From the NCBI RefSeq assembly GCF_009914755.1, contig NC_060927.1: DNA of 64,000 nt; one strand, 5' to 3'. Below the pieces are notes generated by a model, which did not search any database, was not told where the DNA came from, and saw only the letters and a program-made list of their open reading frames with translations. The position numbers and the translations under genes are program-made. Position 1 is the first letter of the stretch, and each line of letters starts with the position of its first letter. This document shows, one piece after another, positions 36,116 through 48,203 of this stretch. This stretch comes from the human T2T-CHM13v2.0 reference genome, Homo sapiens.

Positions 36116-37737
36116 TGTCACAGGATACTTGGGGTGTTGCTTTTCCAGACAGAAACCTCTGTGGCTAGTGGTGCCTTTGCCCAAGTTTTGCTCAGGCCTG
36201 CTGGTTTTGTTTCGCCCACTTAGCCTGACAGGCTGTGCTCAGCTCGTGCTACTGGTGTGGATCCCATGCTTGCCAAGGGCAAGCCAGCCATGGAGCAGCG
36301 AGAGCTGTGTGAGCAAGCAAGCATGGGGTCTGGCCACTGCACACAGCCAGGCATGCCAGCTGTGGCAGTGCAGGCAGCTCCAGGTGCCAGCACGGGCACA
36401 GCTGTGGCTGGACCAGGCGTACCACAGGCAACTTCCACCGCTGGCACTGGGGAATGCGGTGGCACCTGGAAGCTTGGAGACACCAGGAACCGCAGAGCCC
36501 CAAAGAGGGTATCATAACCCTGGATTGGGGTGCTCCTAGGTCTGGGCTCCCCAAAGGGCTGCAGCTTTTCTCTCCTTCTCTCTTTTCTCCTTCTCTCTTC
36601 TCTCCTTCTCGTTGCCCACAACGTGGCAAGCAAGGGGTGTGTTTCAGTCCTGTTTGTGTTACAGATCTTTTAGTGCCACCATTTGCCCAGTGGGTCCCAA
36701 GTTCTTGTCCTGTGTCCACAAAGAATGAAGTATGCAGACAACTGAAGGGTGAGCAAGGCAGAAAGGAGCCTCACTGAGTGGCAGAACTGTTCTCAGTGGG
36801 TATCTCCTTTCCTCAGGCAGGTTGTCCCGATGAGTGTCCAGCTCTCAGTGGAGAAGAGACCCACAGTGGGTAGCTGCCTTCCACAGGCAGGTTGCCCCGA
36901 TGTCTCTGCAGCCTTCAGCAGAGAGACCCAGAGTGGGTAGCTCCTATCTGCAGGCAGGTCATCCCATTGTCTGCCTGAGTCTGGCTGAGTCTGGTTTTTT
37001 TTATGGACTTCAGAAGGGAGGAAGTGTGTGCTGATTGGTCCACCGGCAGCCATAGGCAGGCCCAGGAAAAGCACCATAAATTCTCACTCCAGTCTGCAGG
37101 ACTGATAGCTCAGCCCCTAGGTTTCAGGCTGTCCCTGTCTTGAAGGGGGCTTCACTGGGGACCCATCCCATTTCACCCAGGAGCCTGATTGCCCCCTGCT
37201 GCCATCAACCTGCTGGCCATGGCACCCATGGCACCCAGGCTGTTCATGCTGAGGGGTGCCTGCAGGTACATGCCGAACTGCCCTCAGCCTCACCCTGGCC
37301 TCCCTCCCATGCTCATCGGCACCCAAAGTCTGGAGGGGGCCGAGGCGGCAGGGGACTGGTGTGTCAGTGCTGCCCTGAGTGCGTGCACCCCCAGCTGGGT
37401 CGTGACATATCTGGGCTCAGCTTCAACTTTGCTCCAAAATCAGAATGGGCACCAGGAGAGGCCAGGCAACAGGAGCAGGCACTTCTGAGCCTGTGGGAGT
37501 AGGGGGGCTTTCTAGGTCCCCGGGAGCACAGGGATGCCCAGGTCTGCAGCCACAGCTGGGTGGATGCAGCTGTGCCTGGGAAGGCAGGGCTCCCGCCCCA
37601 CCAACTCAGAAGGGAGTGGGGCTCCTGCCTGTTCCTAGCTCCTACCAGCTCTATGGAGCATGCAGTCACGGCCTCACCTCGCCATTGCAGCTAGCATCAT
37701 GGCAGTGGCTGCTCCAGATGGACCACTGCTGCCATCA
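36116..37737 (-). mobile_element. MER52A-type full-length solo LTR (1.6 kb)
   Basis: Begins tgtcacaggatacttggggtg, ends gctccagatggaccactgctgccatca, exact TSD ccaa. Confidence 0.88.
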
Positions 37738-38160
37738 CCAAGATAGGATGAAAAGAGAAGACAAATGTAAGAGCACTGGTTGGTGTCTGTGGCTCCTGCA
37801 CCAGGGTCCCAGCTGTCCAAACTGAAAACCCAGGAAGCTGGCTCTGAGCTTACTGGACTTTGCAGAGGGATGGCCATATATTCCTAGCACTTTGTCAGCT
37901 ACAACTGCCATATTTGGAGGTCAGGCAAAGTGAGCCAGTCTTCCACTCCAAAATCCAGTTTTTAATTAATAAGTATTACCCAACACCTAAGGAGTGTTTA
38001 ATTATGATTACCTCTGAGAAAGGGGATGGTAGGCAACTTTTAAAACTTTATATATGTCTGTATTGTTCAAAGTTGTTATAGAAACATGTATTACTTGTAG
38101 ATAAAAAACCAAAAAAAATTTTTTAATAAAAATACTTCATTTTAGTATAGTGCTTTATAG

Positions 38161-38315
38161 CAGTGCTTCTGTAACTTTATTGTGCAAATAAACCGCCCAG
38201 AAATCTTGTTAAAATGCAGATTCTGATTCAGTAGGTTGGCAATGGGGCCTAAGATTCTGCATTTTCAACAAGCTCCCTGGTGATATGGAGTCCATTAACC
38301 ATACTTTGGGTTTAC
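38161..38315. mobile_element. MER5A/B
   Basis: cttgttaaaatgcagattctgattcagtagg...ttctgcattttcaacaagctccc. Confidence 0.8.
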
Positions 38316-38317
38316 GG

Positions 38318-38668
38318 CAGCGGTCCTCAATCTTTTTGGCACCAGTTTCACAGAAGCCAATTTTTTCACAGACGGGATGAAACTGTTCCACCTCAGATCA
38401 TCGGGCATTAGATTCTCATAAGGAGCGTGCAACCTACATTCCTCATGAGGGTAGTTCATAATAAGGTTTGTGCACCCCTCTGAGAATCTAATGCCACTGC
38501 TGATCTGACAGGATGTGAAGCTCAGGCGGTAATGCCAGTAATGGGGAGTGGCTGTAAATACAGATGAAGTTTCGCTGGCTTGCCTCCTCTCACCTCCTGC
38601 TGTGCCACTCAGTTCCTAACAGGCCACAGACCAGTACTGGTCAGTAGCCCAGGGGTTGGGGACCCCTG
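38318..38668. mobile_element. MER1B (hAT-Charlie)
   Basis: TIRs cagcggtcctcaa / ttggggacccctg and 8-bp TSD gtttac(g/a)g. Confidence 0.9.
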
Positions 38669-39279
38669 GTTTACAGAATATAAAGCACATTCATATATAT
38701 TATCTTATTTGTTCTCTGTCACAACTCTGGCAGATAGGGGTTCACTAATTCACTTATTCGACCATTAGGTACTACTATTAATATATACCAGGCACTTGGC
38801 ATACAGATATGGTCAAATGGAGTGGGAAACCTACCACCCAACCAAACAAAAAAAAACGCATGTTAACCAACAAATAAATAATTATAAATAGTTATCAGAA
38901 CTGAGCAGGAAGTAAAGAGGGTGCTGAAAAAGAACAACAGGAACCACTCTGAGGAGGCCTCTAAGAGGAGGTGACTTCAGCAGGGATGGGAAAGATGAGC
39001 CACTCAGTTTAGGGGCAAGCTCTGGGCAGACACCAGGAAGCTCCTGCAGCTAGAGTGCAGGGAGGGAGGGAAGATCCCTAGATCTGGCCCAGAAGGCTGC
39101 GGCAAGGGGCCGATTTCAATTTAATTCTGGGGTAAGCACTGAGGATTTAGGTAGAGAAGTGTCTGTTCTAGTATTTGCCTTAGGATCACGATGGCTGTAG
39201 TGTGGGAAATGAAACCTCTCCAGGATCGCCTGGGAACTGGTATAGGGAGTCCCGGGCCATGCGGGGGCGCCAAGGAGTC

Positions 39280-40520
39280 AGGCCTGGTGTCCCTGCAGCC
39301 GCGCGGATCCACTTGCAGATGGGTCCCTCTACGAATAACGAGCCTACTAGGGCACGTGCTTTTACTGCTGCACTGAGGACGTGAAATGCGCGCAGGCACA
39401 ACGAGACTTTCTTCTTTTTCGCTCTTTCAGAGGGCCCGGGCTCCCATCTACGCTTTGCTGGTTACGTTGGCATGTTGGGCATTTCCCCCTCTCTGCCTCA
39501 GTCTCCCGACCTGTCAAAGAGGACGGTGGGCCAGCCATGGGTGACACGCCCGTGCGCCTCTCCAATAGTGCACCTCGGGCAAGCCGGGCGGCGGGCACAG
39601 CCTGGACGGTGCCGGCCTCGAGAGGCACAAAGGGCTGGCTTTCCACCGGGGAAACTGAGGCAGTGGAGCGAGGAGCGGCGTCCTCGAAAGTCCTCGCAAA
39701 CTCCCAGCGCCTGTGTTGGGCCCATGCAGGCTACCCAGGCCGCCCGTCTCCGAGCGGAGGACCCCGCCCAGCGCTGCCAGGGGCGGGGCCGGGCTGAGGA
39801 CCCGAGGCTGGAAGGGAGGTCGGAGCACCCAATTCGGTCCAGGACTCGCAGGGGGCGGCAGTGGCGGCAGCGAAGTCCCGTGCAGTCCCAGTGCTAGAGC
39901 GTGGGACGGACTTGTGGGGCACCCCTCGGTGTTCTCCAGCCAGGCCTGGGGGCAGGAGGCCCAGCCACGCTGCCGGGTGCAGGCCTGCCCCTGGGCGCCC
40001 GCCCGCGCGCCGTCCCCGCCCCTCGGCCGCCCCCTCCGCCCCGGCGCGGGCTCGGGACGTGCAGAGCCGGCGAGCGAGCAGCAGGGACTGCGCCTGGCGC
40101 ACTCACTTCCGCGTCCCGCCGCCCTCCGGCCCGCGCGCGCCGATCCGCCGCCGCCATCGGACAATGGGCCGCCAGCCCCAGCTGCCGTGAACTTCCTGCC
40201 GCTGCTCGGCCGCCCGTGCGTCCCGGACGGCGTTCCTGCCAGGCGCCGGCCGGGATCGCAGCTCCGGGGAAGCAGCGGAGGACCCAGCGCCTGGAACGTA
40301 CCTGCGCCTCAGCCGCCGCGCGTTTGCTCCGGCCCGACTCGCGGCCTCGGCGCCCTCCCGGCCGATTCAGCTTCACCCGGCCCAGTCGGCTGCTGCCTTG
40401 CTGTGAGTTTCCGTGTTTGGTTGCCTAAGGAGGATGTGATTTTACTTTTTTGCTGTTTTCTTTTTCCTTTTATAATTTGAAGAGGAGAAAAGAACTCCGC
40501 TGAGCAGGCCCGGGACGGCG
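39280..40520 (+). promoter_or_regulatory. CpG-island promoter / 5' leader of LIMD1
   Basis: Very high GC and CpG density. GC boxes (GGGGCGGGGC 39780-39789), ETS motifs CACTTCCG 40104-40111 and ACTTCCTG 40191-40198, RCGTG/E-box motifs at 39353-39358, 39379-39383 and 40057-40061, CTCF-like CTCGCAGGGGGCGG 39845-39858. No TATA box seen. Confidence 0.9.
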
Positions 40521-40725
40521 AAGTGCCACCAGCTACCCCAACAAGGACGTCTCCAGGGGAAAGGGAGTTGGAAGCAAACTTGGTCCAGCTGGCGTTGAGG
40601 TCTCAACTTCGGCTGGACTCTTAAATCCTGGGGTCATGCCCTTCACGCTAGGCAGGTGGAAGTCTTTACTTGTACTGGGCCGGACTTGAGCCCCGACCCT
40701 TCGCCAGCATCTCCCCGCTGCCCTC

Positions 40726-40726
<1 letters not shown>

Positions 40727-40798
<72 letters not shown>
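40727..40798 (+). repeat. Perfect (AC)36 microsatellite ending 35 nt before the LIMD1 ATG
   Basis: Counted directly in the sequence. Confidence 0.98.
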
Positions 40799-40800
<2 letters not shown>

Positions 40801-40833
40801 CACCTGGGCTAGGCCCGGACACCTGTCTGCAGC

Positions 40834-42241
40834 ATGGATAAGTATGACGACCTGGGCCTGGAGGCCAGTAAATTCATCGAGGACCTGAACATGTATGAGG
40901 CCTCTAAGGATGGGCTCTTCCGAGTGGACAAGGGTGCAGGCAACAACCCCGAGTTTGAGGAAACTCGCAGGGTGTTCGCCACCAAGATGGCCAAAATCCA
41001 CCTCCAGCAGCAGCAGCAGCAGCTCCTGCAGGAGGAGACTCTGCCCAGGGGGAGTAGAGGCCCTGTCAATGGAGGGGGCCGCCTGGGCCCACAGGCCCGT
41101 TGGGAAGTTGTGGGCAGCAAGCTGACTGTGGATGGTGCTGCCAAGCCTCCTCTTGCTGCCTCGACAGGGGCACCTGGGGCAGTCACCACCCTCGCTGCTG
41201 GGCAGCCCCCGTACCCACCGCAGGAGCAGAGATCCAGGCCATACCTGCATGGCACGAGGCATGGCAGCCAGGACTGTGGTTCCAGGGAGAGCCTGGCGAC
41301 TTCTGAGATGTCTGCTTTCCACCAGCCAGGCCCCTGTGAGGATCCTTCCTGCCTCACTCATGGAGACTATTATGACAACCTCTCCTTGGCAAGCCCAAAG
41401 TGGGGTGACAAACCAGGAGTGTCCCCCAGCATCGGCCTGAGTGTAGGGAGTGGGTGGCCTAGCTCCCCGGGGAGTGACCCACCACTGCCCAAACCCTGCG
41501 GGGACCATCCCCTAAATCACCGACAGCTCTCCCTGAGCTCCAGCAGGTCTTCTGAGGGTAGCCTCGGTGGTCAGAATAGTGGCATTGGTGGCCGCAGCAG
41601 CGAGAAGCCAACAGGCCTTTGGTCCACTGCCTCCTCCCAGCGGGTGAGCCCTGGCCTGCCTTCCCCAAACTTGGAGAACGGAGCACCAGCTGTGGGGCCT
41701 GTTCAGCCCAGGACCCCTTCTGTGTCAGCACCCTTGGCCCTGAGCTGCCCCAGGCAAGGAGGTCTTCCAAGATCAAACTCGGGGCTGGGGGGTGAGGTTT
41801 CAGGTGTGATGTCCAAACCCAATGTGGACCCCCAACCCTGGTTCCAGGATGGGCCCAAATCTTACCTTTCCAGTTCTGCCCCGTCATCCTCGCCAGCTGG
41901 TCTGGACGGTTCACAGCAGGGTGCGGTCCCTGGGCTGGGGCCGAAGCCTGGCTGCACAGACCTTGGCACTGGTCCCAAGCTCAGCCCCACCAGTCTTGTC
42001 CATCCAGTGATGTCCACCCTGCCTGAGTTATCTTGTAAAGAGGGTCCCCTGGGCTGGTCTTCTGATGGTAGCCTGGGATCTGTGCTCCTGGACAGCCCCA
42101 GCTCCCCTAGGGTAAGGCTGCCCTGCCAGCCCCTCGTCCCAGGTCCTGAGCTGAGACCCTCTGCTGCTGAGTTGAAATTAGAAGCCCTCACCCAACGTCT
42201 GGAGCGAGAGATGGATGCTCACCCGAAGGCTGATTACTTTG
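40834..42241 (+). CDS. LIMD1: LIM domain-containing protein 1, first coding exon (Pro/Ser/Gly-rich pre-LIM region, 469 codons + 1 nt, phase-1 intron follows)
   Basis: ORF MDKYDDLGLEASKFIEDLNMYEASKDGLFRVD...LEALTQRLEREMDAHPKADYFG recognised as human LIMD1 (Ajuba/WTIP/LIMD1 family). Strong Kozak agcATGg, in-frame TAG upstream at 40810-40812, donor TTG|GTGAGT at 42241/42242, (CAG)6 polyQ at 41005-41022. Confidence 0.97.
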
Positions 42242-42806
42242 GTGAGTGAGAGGCTGGTGGAGTTGCCTATGGTGGGGCGATGGGGTTCTTGGGATTGGGG
42301 AACATGCCCCCTACCAGGGATGCTGTGGGCTGTAGTTACCTCTCTTTGAGTGGCCTGTTTTTTTATTTTTTTGTTTTGGGCTTCCTCTTTCAGCTGCTTT
42401 TTCTGATTCAGAAACTTGAAAGCATCCTGGGGCAGAAAGCGGACCTTGCAGCTGGGGTTACCCATGTGTGAAGGGTGCAGCAGGGTGGGATTGCTCATGA
42501 CTGCTCTCAGAAAAGAGAAATGCTGTGACTTTGGATTTCAAGGGTTTTGGGTGTGACTTTAGAGCCTCTTGCAGTGACAGGCTCATATAGGACTTCAGTG
42601 GGACCAGCTTTCTCAGGGGCAGCTACCCCTGAGCGTTCAGTCTGTAGTTGGTTGGGCAGATCTGGTTGATCTGGCTGTTTGAGGGACCAGTGATTGAGGC
42701 AGGGGCTCTTGACTGCCGTGTGTGTGTGTCTGTGTGTGTGTCTGTGTGTAGATGGGTACTTATGTGCAGTTGAGGCAGGTCAAACACTACCATGAAAGAC
42801 TTGTAG

Positions 42807-43127
<321 letters not shown>

Positions 43128-43909
43128 TTAAGTGTAGTCCCTGGATCAGCAGCATCCCTTTGCCTGGAAACTGATTAGAAATGGAAATTCTTGGGCCCCA
43201 CCCAAGACCTACTGAATCAGAAACTGTGGGATGGGACCCAGCCAGCCGTGATCCTGCTGTGTGGTGAGATTTGAGCCCTGCCGCACCATGTGCCTCCTAA
43301 CCCAGCCTACACCCAGGTAACAGCCAACAGCCAGGTTGCACCACAGCCGTGGCACAAACTATGATGGAAAATGTGTCTTCCTGGTTTTACTCAAACTTGC
43401 ATGTTTTGTTTTATTCTCTTTTTTAAAACCACAAACTCTTGGAGACTGCTAGCTTCAACTTTTTTTCTTTGCACGAGGTTTAGTGGTAGTTGTATCTTTC
43501 TGTTGAGTAATGATTAGTTGTCTCATAAGAGAGCTAACTAGAAAGACAGCCTATTCGCAGAGAATCGGAGGGGTTTTTCTTTTTCAGTTTTTAACTTTGG
43601 ATAATTGACCCCCGTGTTCCCCATAGCCTGAGTCCTGCTGGGGTAGCAGCTCTGCCTAGTGGAGGGCAGGGACAGGGAAGGCCCTGGGAGAGGAAGACAG
43701 CTGGCTTACTGCTGTCAGTCTACGCTTATTCTCCGTGAACGAGCAAGTGTCCCAAGGTCCTTTGAGGGACCAGGGTCTGAGGCACTGGGCTGCTGGATGT
43801 GTGCAGCTTATGGTAGCATTGTGTTTTGCTTCTCATGAGAACCTTGTGGGAGCCAGTTCTCACCCCATACTCAGCAGGCTGAGGTCAGGGTAGCTGTTTA
43901 TGGCTTACT

Positions 43910-44208
43910 TTTTTTAAATTTATTTTTATTTATTTATTTGTTTATTTATTTATTTATTTTGAGACAAGGTCTTGCCTTGTTGCCCAGGCTGGAGTGCAGT
44001 GCACCCTAGACCTCCCGGACTCAAGGCATCTTCCTACCTCAGCCTCCTGAGTAGCTAGGACTACTTAAGAGGAAGCAGGGGAGGAAGGGGACGTGGAGGT
44101 GGGGGGTCCTCTCTAGGTTGCCCAGGCTGTTCTTCTGGGCTCAAGTGATCTTCCTGCCTCAGCCTCCCAAAGTGCTGGGATTACAGGTGTGAGCCACTGT
44201 GCCCGGCC
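43910..44208 (-). mobile_element. Rearranged AluJ
   Basis: Both arms present, middle replaced by non-Alu purine-rich sequence. Confidence 0.8.
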
Positions 44209-44439
44209 TACTGGTTTATTTTTTAAAGCACATGGCACCATCTTACTGTGAACTATCTTTTCTCCTCAGCACATTCCCACATTTGGGAGTAATAGTTAGC
44301 TGGAAATACTGTGGGTCTTTTAATTTAAACTTTTGTTTAGTTGTAAATTTCAAGCTCATTGGACAACACAAACAGCAGTTTTATCTTGAGATGCAAGTTT
44401 ATGCTGTGCATCAGAGCAACGGTATTAGCTGACGCTACT

Positions 44440-45380
44440 CATCCATTCAGCATATATTAAAATTTATTGAGCACCTATCTTGAGGCCATGCTCTATTCCA
44501 GGTCTTGGGGATACATAGTGAACAGGACAGACAGGAACCTCTGCCTCCCTGGAGCAGACAATGTAGTAGAAGGAGGCAGGGAGTGAATGAAGTAAATAAG
44601 CAAGTACTAGGGAGAGAATCAAGGTAGAGAAAGGGAATGGAGCCCTGGGGCTGGGGGTGGCAGAGAGATTTCCAGTTTTAAATTGGGTGCTCAGGGAATG
44701 TCCCACCTAGAAGATGCATTTGAGCAAAGGCAGGCAGGAGACTGGACCATGTGTTTTCCCAGGGAAATGGTGTTCTTGGCAGAGCAGACAGCAAGCACAG
44801 AGTCCCTGTAGGCCTGGTCTGTGCTGGGCACTGTACTGAACACTTGATGCTGACTATTGAATTGACTGGTCACAGCATCCTTGGAAGCTGGTTCTGCCAT
44901 TATGCCCATTTTACTGATGAGAAAACGGAAGCTCAGGGAGATTAAATTACTTACTGGCGGTGTCACAGGTCATATTGGGTACTGCTGGGACTTGAACCTG
45001 ACAGTTCAGTTCAGCCTCAGGGCCCATGTGTCTAACCAGCATTGCCAAACAGTCTCCCAAGCAGAGATTTGGAAGCCTATTTTATTTATTTATTTTTATG
45101 GTTTTTTTTTAATTGAGATGAAATTCACATAATGTAAAATTAACCATTTTGAAGTGAACAATTCAGTGGTGTTTAATATTAATACATTCACAACATTGTA
45201 CAATGAACACCTCCGTCCAGTTCCAAAATGTTTTCGTCAACCCAAAAGGAAACCCCATACCCATAAAGCAATTGCTCCCTGTTTCCCCCTATCCCCTCCC
45301 AGCTCCTGGCAACAACCAATGTGCATTCTGTCCCTATGGCATTTACCTATTCTGGAATTTCATTTAGAAACGGAATCGTG
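44440..45380 (-). mobile_element. L2 (44440-44830), MIR (44830-45050) and L1MB-type 3' fragment (45105-45380)
   Basis: atttattgagcaccta; cccattttactgatgagaaaacggaagctcag; aaattcacataatgtaaaattaaccatttt. Confidence 0.72.
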
Positions 45381-45606
45381 TATTTTATTCATTTTTTGTA
45401 TAAACTTCACAGATAAGCAAGCACGCACAGTGAAAATCGAGCCTCTTTCCCTGGTCTGTCTAGTCAAGTGTTCTGGGTGTAATAAGCATGTGTGTGTTTC
45501 TGCCAGCCCCAGTGGTGGCATGCTGTTCCACTGCACAGCGTCTTGGCAGTGGCTCTACATCAGCATGTGTTCAGCTGGCTATACGTGGCTGCTGTGCAAT
45601 GTGCCT

Positions 45607-45622
45607 AGGTCACCTAAGGTCA
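45607..45622 (+). promoter_or_regulatory. Perfect DR4 nuclear-receptor element AGGTCA-ccta-AGGTCA (candidate)
   Basis: Exact consensus half-sites with a 4-nt spacer. Function not shown. Confidence 0.45.
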
Positions 45623-46737
45623 CCTAAGCAGCCCTCACTGATGGGCCTTTGGAATGTACCCACCTACAAGGGGCAGGCGTAGCTGCAAGATGAGCTCCCA
45701 GGAGTGGGACTGTGGGGCTGCGTGGTTTGTGTCCTTTAGGTGTGGCTTGGTTGCTTCCTGCAGAGCTCATGCCAGGGCTGAGCTGCCAGCTATGTAGGAG
45801 AGGGTTTGCTCCACACCTGCTTTGGTGGCAGAGCTTCCATCTGCTCTTCTGCGACCTACCTTGGGGCAGAGGAGGAAGTCTTTCGGTCTGAAGATTGGCA
45901 GTCATTGCCTGGCCCTGTGTGGGGACCATGAAGAGACCACATGCTCCTCCAGACCACTCCTCCCTTGTCGGTAGCCTGAGGAGGCTGGACAGCTGAGGGG
46001 CTCCCTCCCACAGATACTTTTTCCTCCCCTACATCTGGTATTACTTGAAAGATTTTGTCTACCCAACACGCTACATTTGTTAAATAATGGTTAGATTCTA
46101 CTTCCAAACAGAAGAATGTTTAATGGTGCAGGGCGCTTGGCAGTGAGAGTCAGAGTGACACAACTCCCCATGAGAGGTGATGTCACTCAGGCCAAAAGCA
46201 AAGCAAAGTAGATGTTTGGGTTAGCTTGGGCCCCTTCCTAGGTTGAACTGAAGGTGTCCCTTTGGGCATTTGACTTTGTGGGAAGAGCTTGTGAATCCCT
46301 GTTGCCACCTTTGTAAGCCCTTAGAGTCTCAAGATGCCCAGTTTCCAGTTACTGATTAACTTGGCACGGGAACTCTCCTGGCACTTTCCATGGCTGGTCT
46401 TTGTGGGTTTAGTAAAATAGGATCCTACAGAGGCGTGTCTCTTTCCCTACTCTGCTGGGCCTACTTCCTCCTCCAGCCATCCTCCCCACCCCCTGTCCCC
46501 GTTGCCTCTTTGTGTCTCTCTGTCCATGTTGTTGGGTTTTTGGTCTTCTAGGCGTTGCTCCTGGCCTACACCACCTAGTGCAGTGTGGCTTCTGTTTTAG
46601 CACCACTGCTGACACTGCAGAGGTGGGGTGCAGAGGGCACCGTGCCTTTGTTAGTTGTGCCCCACCGTCTCCTCCATGTGATCCACGTATCTTCCTCACA
46701 CTGGTCCTCTTCTCCCTTTCTAAGGAAAAAGGACACA

Positions 46738-47465
<728 letters not shown>

Positions 47466-47706
47466 ACAGTGCCCCCTTCCTGGGGGCAGGTAGGAGCGGG
47501 TGACTTGGGCATTATGGTTCTAGTAGTAGCTACCGTGTGTCAAGTGCCAGTGGTGTGCCGGGCACTGGAGTTCAGTGCTTTGTGGGCCTTGTTGGCATTT
47601 AACCTGCACACTTAGTTTTGATGTAGGCACCATTCTCTGTTTACAGTTGAGAAACCGAGGCCAGAGAGGTTAAGTGACTTGCTCAAGACCATATGGGTAC
47701 AAGTAG

Positions 47707-48203
<497 letters not shown>

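Noticed and set aside
36039-37825. Cluster of 100-166 aa ORFs
   Set aside because: They lie within the GC-rich MER52 LTR and show no gag/pol/env motifs.
39381-40480. Several 110-255 aa overlapping ORFs on both strands
   Set aside because: Stop-codon scarcity in the CpG island. Low-complexity R/P/A/G composition, mostly non-ATG starts.
41005-41022. (CAG)6 polyQ as an expansion locus
   Set aside because: Too short to be notable.
40666-41508. 280-aa antisense ORF ending in (CV)n
   Set aside because: Shadow of the GC-rich LIMD1 exon plus the GT repeat. Non-ATG start and no recognisable domain.
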